This document shows, in pieces, positions 53,764 through 64,000 of a DNA stretch of 64,000 nucleotides (the stretch's first letter is position 1; each line of letters begins with the position of its first letter). This stretch comes from Eledone cirrhosa (lineage: Eukaryota), in the NCBI GenBank assembly GCA_964016885.1, contig OZ024741.1, positions 274,970,001-275,034,000 on the forward strand, read 5' to 3'. The notes under the pieces were generated by a model that was not told where the DNA came from, ran no database searches, and saw only the letters and a list, made by a program, of their open reading frames with translations. A program made the position numbers and the translations under genes.

Positions 53764-54110
53764 CGAAGGAGTTGTGGTAAGGAACCAGATGGACCATAAC
53801 GCACCAGAGTACTCAATACTTAGGGTAGTAGAGTGGGTAATAGGAAAATGTATGACCCCATCGGCAGAACTCAAGCCGTTTCGACGGCTATTTCTAGACA
53901 TAGCCGTCCAGAAATAACCGTCGAAACGGCTTGAACTCTGCCGTCGGGCTCATACATTTTCCTATATATATATATGTGTGTGTAAAAGGTAAACAGAAAT
54001 AACAATCGGTACAGTATATGGAAGGGATATATTAGGTTAATGCTTGATATAGCAGGAAGAGGGTCTTAACGTTTCGGACGCTGGTCGTTCATCAGAAGAA
54101 AGAAGGAGAA
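53540..54110. mobile_element. Two convergent family F copies (53540-53636 +, 53985-54110 -) enclosing a family A fold-back (53761-53965)
   Basis: agcgtccgaaacgttaagaccctcttcctgctatatcaagc...tttacctt and its reverse complement. Confidence 0.75.
54064..54099 (-). ncRNA. Minimal hammerhead motif (family F)
   Basis: Minus strand TCTT-CTGATGA-ACGACCAGCGTCC-GAA-ACGT-T-AAGA; stem II is weak. Confidence 0.6.
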
Positions 54111-54168
54111 ATAAAATAGATTGAGGGGATGGAATTGGAAAAAATGTCTTTAGATAAAAATAACAGGT

Positions 54169-54220
<52 letters not shown>

Positions 54221-54367
54221 GAAAAAGGGGAGTAGATTTCCAGTTCCAGACTTATAAAAGGCTGTAAGTGAAAAATCACAGAAGTATATTTAAAGATTTT
54301 TTTTCCTTTAATCCGACAGAATGTATAATTTTCTAATTATTGCATTAGGTAGATTTAAACTTTGTAA

Positions 54368-54410
54368 AATATTACCGGCTTCGATTGGTATATTAATCTT
54401 ATCAGATATT
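54368..54410 (-). ncRNA. Degenerate minimal hammerhead motif
   Basis: Minus strand AATAT-CTGATAA-GATT..AATC-GAA-GCCGGT-A-ATATT (two core changes). Confidence 0.5.
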
Positions 54411-54429
54411 TAAAAAAACTTTGTTCACA

Positions 54430-55240
54430 ATTTAATGCAGGTAAGTTCCAAGCTATCCACTATCAACCTAGAAACATAGGAACACTATAACAAAGGTACA
54501 GTGGACCAGGGGGAATCGAAATCCCCGAGTCAAAGTCAATACGGGACCTGTGTACTGTCATGAGCAATGATGCATCGTTTCATGCTCACATCACCAAAAT
54601 GGCGGCAATGTTCAGACGTCTGGTGGGCTGAATTCTGAGGACTTTCATGACAAGGACTTTCGGCCTCAGTCGACTGGACTGGTTGCCCCCACAGTATAAA
54701 ACTAACGGCAGAACTTGAAGCAATCCAATCAAACTACACCAAGCGGATTGTCTCAATGAATGAGGTGAGCTACTGGGAGAGACTTAAAGAATTAAAGCTT
54801 TTTTTTCTTGTGAGATACGCAGTGATATACGTATGAAAGATGCTGGAAGAGTTAGCACCAAACGTTAGCATTGAAGGCCGGACCAGCCCACAAACAGGAC
54901 ACTACTGTGTATAGTGCCAAAGGTCCCATCCGTCGCATCAAAAATAAGGGCCACATACTGCAATAATCTGGGGTCCAAAGGACGCCAGCTCTTTAATAAG
55001 CTGCCAAAATATTTGACAGATCTACATGGTGTTTATGTAGATGTTTTCAAGAAGCATTTCGACATCCTGCTGACCAAGGTCCCAGATGAACCCATAGCAC
55101 GAGGTGAAGCACAAATGAGAGCGACACAACAAACTCACTTTTGTATTAATGGCCAACCGAGAAAAGCTGGTTGTAGAAAGTATTGCGTCAATGGTGGTGC
55201 CCCAGGATGACCCCAGACAGCCGACTGGAACACGTAATTG
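54430..55240 (+). mobile_element. CR1-type LINE 3' fragment, decayed
   Basis: SIRDL..MSNDASFHAHI...ELEAIQSNYTKRI...SYWERLKELKL...GRQLFNKLPKYL...FKKHFDILLTKVPDEP. Confidence 0.8.
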
Positions 55241-55249
55241 ACTAACAAA

Positions 55250-55525
55250 ATAATTGTTTCTACTAGTGGCACAAGGCCAACAATTATGCCAGTGTATTAC
55301 TGGTACATTATTTTATCAACCCCGTAAAGATAAAAGGCAAAGAGTTTCTACTTTTGGCACAAGGCCAGCGATTACCCTAGTGCATCACTGGTACTTTATT
55401 TTATCGACCCCGGTAGTGATGAAAGGCAAAGTTAACCTCGGTGGATTTGAACTCAGAACGCAAAGGGCCATAACTATGCTGCAAAGCATGGTGTCTGACG
55501 CTCTACCGATACTGCCAAACCACCG
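55250..55525 (-). mobile_element. tRNA-derived SINE with a duplicated 3' segment
   Basis: Two successive gtttctact..ggcacaaggcca..ctggtac units before the head. Confidence 0.8.
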
Positions 55526-55763
55526 TTGAGCAGTTAGAACATATGTAAATTTCTGTCAAAATGACTTTTTATATATTGTGTGTGAAGGAGTGGAGGTGGG
55601 GTTCCACAGGCCGGGATTCAATTTAATTAACTTGGTTAAAATAAAAAATTCCTTTACTATTCATAATAATTGTCCAGATGGCATTTTTTATGTGTGTGTG
55701 TGTGTGGCATTTAGGTAGCGTTTAATTGTGTCACTAGGTCAGGTTATATATATATATATATAT

Positions 55764-56130
55764 AAAAGCAAAAGGGATATTTAATTTGTTGGTAATTCAA
55801 CAAATATAAATGTTTATAACTGATTCGAAGCACTCGACAAGTTTTCTGGTGTAAAATATTCAATGATATTAAATAAATGGAAACTATATTTATAAAACCT
55901 TATTTATTCTATTATATATATTTCAAGGGTACCAAAACTTTGGTATGCCCTCATCAGATAAAATACAAAGTTTGTTTTATAAATATTGACATAACCAGGA
56001 AGTACGAATGAAACAGTTCTAGTCCTGTAGAAGTCATTTCTATATGAAATATAGATACACGCACAACACAGATATACATGCACACTGAGTACCTTACTTA
56101 CTGTGGTTACCCCCGATTGAACCAGGGATA
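55764..56130 (-). mobile_element. Longest family B unit (upstream region, hammerhead and tail), no fold-back
   Basis: Matches 16603-16745, 22988-23102, 24080-24183 and 44039-44218. Confidence 0.75.
55906..55964 (-). ncRNA. Minimal type-I hammerhead ribozyme (family B)
   Basis: Minus strand ATTTTAT-CTGATGA-GGGCATACCAAAG-TTTTGGTACCCTT-GAA-ATATATAT-A-ATAGAAT. Confidence 0.82.
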
Positions 56131-56149
56131 AACACACACACACACACAC

Positions 56150-56287
<138 letters not shown>

Positions 56288-56360
56288 TAACAGATTAAAG
56301 TTTAAGCAAAGAATCGCTGCTTTCACCCTTATCGAGCCCTCTTTGGATTTTAGTCTTCAC

Positions 56361-56549
56361 TGGATTGGCAGTATCGGTAGAGAGTCGGACGCCATGCTTT
56401 CCAGCAGAGTTACGCCCCTTTACGGTCTGAGTTCAAATCCCGCCGAGGTTAACTTTGCCTTTTATCCTTACGGGGTCGATAAAATAAAGTACCAGTAATG
56501 TACTGTGTATTTGCTGGCCTTGTGCCAAAAGTAGAAACAATTATTATTA
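56361..56549 (+). mobile_element. tRNA-derived SINE, full length
   Basis: A and B boxes, core and aaacaattattatt tail. Confidence 0.88.
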
Positions 56550-56634
56550 CTAAATATATATATATACATATATGTATATATATATATATATATGTGTATA
56601 TGTATCTCTATATATATGTATGTGTGCGTATGTG

Positions 56635-56672
<38 letters not shown>

Positions 56673-56711
56673 CACATACACACACATACATATATATATA
56701 GAGAGAGATAC

Positions 56712-56758
<47 letters not shown>

Positions 56759-57228
56759 GCACGTACATGTACATATACATAAATATATATTAAAATAAAT
56801 CACTATATTCCAGCTAACCTTTGAACTTTTTTATGACTGCGTTCCATTACACGCACACACACAGGCTCACATAAACACACAAACATAAACACACACACAA
56901 AGCAATCATTTTAGTCATCTAATCGTTTATTACATTTATGAGAATATCTGGTGTTTAATCGATATAAAATATACTGTATATGTGTGTGTATATATATATA
57001 TATATTGTATATATGGTGTGTATATATATTGTGTATGGTGTTTGTATACTTCTATAGGTATGGCTATAGGTTTTGTTAGTGCTGGTCTACGTATAACCTG
57101 TTGATAATATGTGTAAGTGGTCTGTATATGTGTGTATATGTAAATGTGTCTCTCTCTTTGCCTCTCTTTATATACATACACACACATATATATATATATA
57201 CATATATATATACATATATATATACATA

Positions 57229-57275
<47 letters not shown>

Positions 57276-57294
57276 TTATATATATATATATATC

Positions 57295-57334
57295 TCTCTC
57301 TCTCCCCTGATCAGTACTGGGGTAGCTTCTATAG

Positions 57335-57365
<31 letters not shown>

Positions 57366-57395
57366 CCCTGATCAGTACTGGGGTAGCTTCTATAG

Positions 57396-57434
<39 letters not shown>

Positions 57435-57521
57435 CCCTGATCAGTACTGGGGTAGCTTCTATAGCTCTCTCTCTCTCTCTCTCTCTCTCTCCCCTGATCA
57501 GTACTGGGGTAGCTTCTATAG

Positions 57522-57566
<45 letters not shown>

Positions 57567-57651
57567 CTGATCAGTACTGGGGTAGCTTCTATAGCTCTCT
57601 CTCTCTCTCTCTCTCTCTCTCCCCTGATCAGTACTGGGGTAGCTTCTATAG

Positions 57652-57688
<37 letters not shown>

Positions 57689-57716
57689 CCCTGATCAGTA
57701 CTGGGGTAGCTTCTAT

Positions 57717-57751
<35 letters not shown>

Positions 57752-57779
57752 CTGATCAGTACTGGGGTAGCTTCTATAG

Positions 57780-57824
<45 letters not shown>

Positions 57825-57907
57825 CTGATCAGTACTGGGGTAGCTTCTATAGCTCTCTCTCTCTCTCTCTCTCTCTCTCCCCTGATCAGTACTGGGGTAG
57901 CTTCTAT

Positions 57908-57942
<35 letters not shown>

Positions 57943-58015
57943 GATCAGTACTGGGGTAGTTTCTATAGCTCTCTCTCTCTCTCTCTCTCCTGATCAGTAC
58001 TGGGGTAGCTTCTAT

Positions 58016-58062
<47 letters not shown>

Positions 58063-58086
58063 GATCAGTACTGGGGTAGCTTCTAT

Positions 58087-58137
<51 letters not shown>

Positions 58138-58161
58138 GATCAGTACTGGGGTAGCTTCTAT

Positions 58162-58198
<37 letters not shown>

Positions 58199-58222
58199 GA
58201 TCAGTACTGGGGTAGCTTCTAT

Positions 58223-58277
<55 letters not shown>

Positions 58278-58312
58278 GATCAATACTGGGGTAGCTTCTA
58301 TAGCTCTCTCTT

Positions 58313-58358
<46 letters not shown>

Positions 58359-58389
58359 GATCAGTACTGGGGTAGCTTCTATAGCTCTC

Positions 58390-58429
<40 letters not shown>

Positions 58430-58440
58430 TCCCTCTCTCT
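57295..58440. repeat. Array of 17 copies of a ~30-bp unit separated by variable (CT)n
   Basis: cctgatcagtactggggtagcttctatagct-(ct)n. Confidence 0.92.
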
Positions 58441-58965
58441 CCTTCTCACTCACTTTCTCCTTCTCTCGCTCTTTCTTACTCCCTTGAATCGATTATGTCC
58501 AGACATAGAGAGGAGATGGGCTCCACCAGGTTCAATATGCACTGGACAGGATGTATGTCATGATGACGCCCCTACGACTCCATCAGGAGTTACGTGTCCA
58601 TATATACATACACATATACATGCATGCATGCATACGTACATACATACATACATACATACATACGTACATACATACATACATACATACATACATACATACA
58701 TGATGATGGCTGCCCCCTCGTTATCGAGTATGGCTATTGCATGAGAGAAAACCCATAATAACGACAATAATAATAATGATAATAATAAAACACACACACA
58801 CACACACATATCTATATATACAGATACACACACACACACACACACACACACATATGCATATCTATATACACAGATACTCACACACACAATAACAATTAAC
58901 AGTGCTGCGATCGAATGTGGCTCTTTAGCCCAGCCAATGATCTAAAATCTAATATATTGAATGTA

Positions 58966-59055
<90 letters not shown>

Positions 59056-59224
59056 GTGTGTGTGTGTGTGCGTGTGTATTAATTGTATACAGCTGAATGT
59101 CTACGTATGCTTTGTTGGGTTTTTTAAATTATTTAGTCAGACGAAGGAGAACAACTGCGAAGCCCATGACCCTTTTCAGGGATCCAACAAGCCAAACACC
59201 ACACGTATATCAACACATTATACA

Positions 59225-59900
59225 AAACTCACACACCACCATCACCACCACCACCACCACCACCACCACAACCATCACCAGCACCACAACCACCACCACA
59301 ACCACATCTACCACCACCAAAAACTACCACAACCGCCACCAAAACCACCACCACAACTACCACCACCACCACCACCACCACCACCACCATACACCACCAT
59401 CATCACCACCACAACCACCACCACCACCATACACCACCACCACCACAACTACCACCACCATCATACACCACCACCATACACCACCACCATACACCACCAC
59501 CACCACCACAACCACAACTACCACCACCACCATACACCACCACCATACACTACCACCATCACCACAACCACAACTACCACAACCACCACCATACACCACC
59601 ACCACCACAACCACCACAACCACAACTACCACCATACACCACTATCACCACCACCACCACAACCACAACTACCACCACCATCACCACCATAACCACCACC
59701 ACCACCATACACCACCATCACCACCACCACCACAACCACCACAACCACAACCACCACCACCATCACCACCACAACCACAACCACCACCACCATACACCAC
59801 CATCACCACCACCACCACAACCACCACAACCACCACCACAACCACAACCACCACCACCATACACCACCACCACCACCACCACCACCACAACCACCATACA
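59225..59900. repeat. (CAC)n-type simple repeat
   Basis: accaccacc / accacaacc units. Confidence 0.9.
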
Positions 59901-59973
59901 CTATCATATTATTTATTCAAAGACTGTTTCCAATCTTCTAGTCTGCTTCCGTCTTACCTGTTACAGCTGTCTT

Positions 59974-60048
<75 letters not shown>

Positions 60049-60124
60049 CAGGGTATTCCAAAAAAATTGTTGCACACTTCAACAGCATTCTAATAAATAT
60101 CTGTATACATTTTTTGGGACGCCC

Positions 60125-60126
<2 letters not shown>
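60049..60126. mobile_element. Tc1/mariner-like short MITE
   Basis: ta-cagggtattccaaaaaaa...ttttttgggacgccctg inverted ends. Confidence 0.6.
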
Positions 60127-60168
<42 letters not shown>

Positions 60169-60515
60169 TATATATATATAAGTATATATATATATATAAG
60201 TATATATATATATATAAGTATATATATATATATAAGTATATATATATATATAAGTATATATATATATATAAGTATATATATATATATAAGTATATATATA
60301 TATATAAGTATATATATATATATAAGTATATATATATATGCAAGTATATATATATATGTAAGTATATATATATATATATATAAGTATATATATATATGCA
60401 AGTATATATATATATGTAAGTATATATATATATATATAAGTATATATATATATATGTAAGTATATATATATATGTAAGTATATATATATATATATATATA
60501 TGAGAGAGTGAGAGA

Positions 60516-60873
60516 GAATAGAATAGAAAACGAAAAATCAGTGATGTAACTGAACTCAATTTATTGTGTGTTACAGTTGTTTCGCCGGCGGACAGCTCGA
60601 GACGCGATCATTGTGTGGATCTGGATCTGTCTGATTCTGGACTCGCAGGTTCGACGGACACGTCTAATGATTTCGAACCTGCGAGTCCAGAATCAGACAG
60701 GTCCACACAATGATCCCGTCTCGAGCTGTCCGCCGGCGAAACGACTGTAACACACAATAAATTGAGTTCAGATGCATCACTGATTTTTCGTTTTCTATTC
60801 TGTCATACTCTGCTCTGTAAGAGCATAGAGTGCTCAACCGGCATACCGCCTATGGAAGCATCTTAGCTACCAT

Positions 60874-60875
<2 letters not shown>
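60516..60875 (+). mobile_element. Fold-back family E: ~130-bp arms plus ~70-nt tail
   Basis: 60519-60654 is the reverse complement of ~60673-60801; tail gagcatagagtgctcaaccggcataccgcctatgga is shared with 63299-63625. Confidence 0.82.
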
Positions 60876-60906
<31 letters not shown>

Positions 60907-60921
60907 TTATATATATATATA

Positions 60922-61122
60922 TAACGAAGGAAATGTGGTAAGGAACCAGGTGGACCATAACGCACCAAAGTACTCAATACTTAGGGTAGTAGAGTGGGTA
61001 ATAGGAACGAGTAGGACCCCGACAGCTGAGCTCAAGCCGTTTCGACGGCTAATTCTGGACTATTCCAGAATTAGCCGTCGAAACGGCTTGAGCTCAGCCG
61101 TCGGGGACCTACTCGTTCCTAT
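60922..61122 (-). mobile_element. Fold-back family A copy
   Basis: Tail on the left, hairpin centred on ctggactattccag. Confidence 0.8.
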
Positions 61123-61137
61123 ATATATATAGAGAGA

Positions 61138-61181
<44 letters not shown>

Positions 61182-62033
61182 GAGAAATATTTAGATAGAT
61201 GTGTGTGCGTGAATTTTACATGTATGCATATTGAGTGTGTGTAATGCAAAAAGTAAACGGAAACAACAAAGCAAAATACACAGTACAGCGAAGAAATATA
61301 TTAGTTTAAGGCTTGATGTAATAAGAAAAGAGATGTGTGTGTGTGTGTGTCTCTCTCTGTCTGTGTCTGTGTGTGTGTGTGTCTGTGTGTGTGTGTGCGA
61401 GTCTGTGTTTATTGACCAGTACCTTGTATGTGCAATTTGTTTGACGGAAACTGCACGGAAGTCTGTCATATATATATAACAAGAAACACACCCCCACATA
61501 CCAACCCAGCCATCCTCACTCAGCTACCACCACTACCAACACCACTATTCCCACCACCACTACGACCACCTTCACTAAATCACCACCACGCCACCACCAC
61601 CACCACTATCAAAACCGCTATCTCCACCACCACCTCCACCACCTCACCATTACGACCACACCACCATCACCACCACCAGTATCCCCCCCACAACCACCAC
61701 CACTATCCCCATTATCCCCACCATCTTCACCAACACCATACCACCACTACCACCACCACTATCCCCACCAATGCCACTATCACCACCACCGCCACCACCA
61801 CTATCAACACCACTATCACCACCACCACCACCACCACCACTATCCCCACCACCACCATACACTGTCATATATATGTATAACTAATAACCTTTACTGTGTT
61901 TTATGGTCCGAGACATCAACAACAAATATACAAATATTAATACAAATAACCTCAGTGTGTCTTTAACACTCTTACTGCTTCTTCGTCTTTATTACCCCCA
62001 CTGATTCATTGTTAACCATGCATTATATATAAT

Positions 62034-62107
62034 CGGGGTCGATAAAATAAAGTACCAGTAATACACTGGGATAATTGCTGGCCTTGTGCCAAAAGTAGAA
62101 ACAATTA
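62034..62107 (+). mobile_element. SINE 3' fragment
   Basis: cggggtcgataaaataaagtaccag...aaagtagaaacaatta. Confidence 0.8.
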
Positions 62108-63625
<1,518 letters not shown>

Positions 63626-64000
63626 GCATAAGGTGAAGCAATTGTTCTCGGTATGGTGTACTAACTGTTGTGTTACTACTTCTACCAAACTCGTCCCATG
63701 GACTGAGTGCTCTACCACTACGGATATTACCTTCTAGTGTTCTACCTCTCTCTCTATATATATGTGTGTGTGTGTGTTAGGTAATTCCGAAGAAAAAGCA
63801 AAGGAAAAAAGAGTGCTCTATGTATAGAACAGAGCTGTTTAGTTATAAAGTGAACAACACAATATATAACTACTCCATTATCAAAGGTTTCAGGATCCTA
63901 GACAATATTAATATACGTCTGGATCGTTCATGAGACAGGTATATATATATATATGAATGAAGAATGGCGTGCTGCGTTGTTGCGAACATGAACATATGAA

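Noticed and set aside
57295-58440. CRISPR-like repeat-spacer array
   Set aside because: Spacers are only (CT)n, there are no cas genes, and the context is eukaryotic
59039-59975. His/Pro/Thr-rich protein
   Set aside because: Translation of a (CAC)n simple repeat

Overview
Eukaryotic, repeat-saturated DNA with no confidently identifiable host gene. The huge (TA)n/(TG)n/(TATG)n tracts, mollusc-like 5S copies and tRNA-derived SINEs suggest a coleoid cephalopod such as octopus (inference). Positions 1-13.2 kb are a head-to-tail stack of five L1/Tx1-clade LINE copies from two subfamilies, each ending in AATAAA plus an (ATT)n tail. Positions 13.2-15.1 kb are a ~120-bp satellite carrying a 5'-inverted RTE-type LINE with a 12-bp TSD. 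The remaining ~49 kb is microsatellite interspersed with SINEs, CR1/RTE fragments, a hAT element, Tc1-like MITEs, two 5S rRNA-like copies and many short unique islands. The main discovery is that these islands are mostly fold-back (inverted arm + 3' tail) elements of at least seven families. Together they hold about 20 minimal type-I hammerhead ribozyme motifs, most with self-complementary stem III (ATGCGCAT, ACGCGCGT, ACAATTGT, ACGATCGT, ACATATGT, ATATATAT). Several share a variant CCGANGA core and a very long stem II. This architecture matches Penelope-like element pseudo-LTR remnants, but no Penelope ORF is visible in the window. All structures were paired by eye; none was computed or tested.
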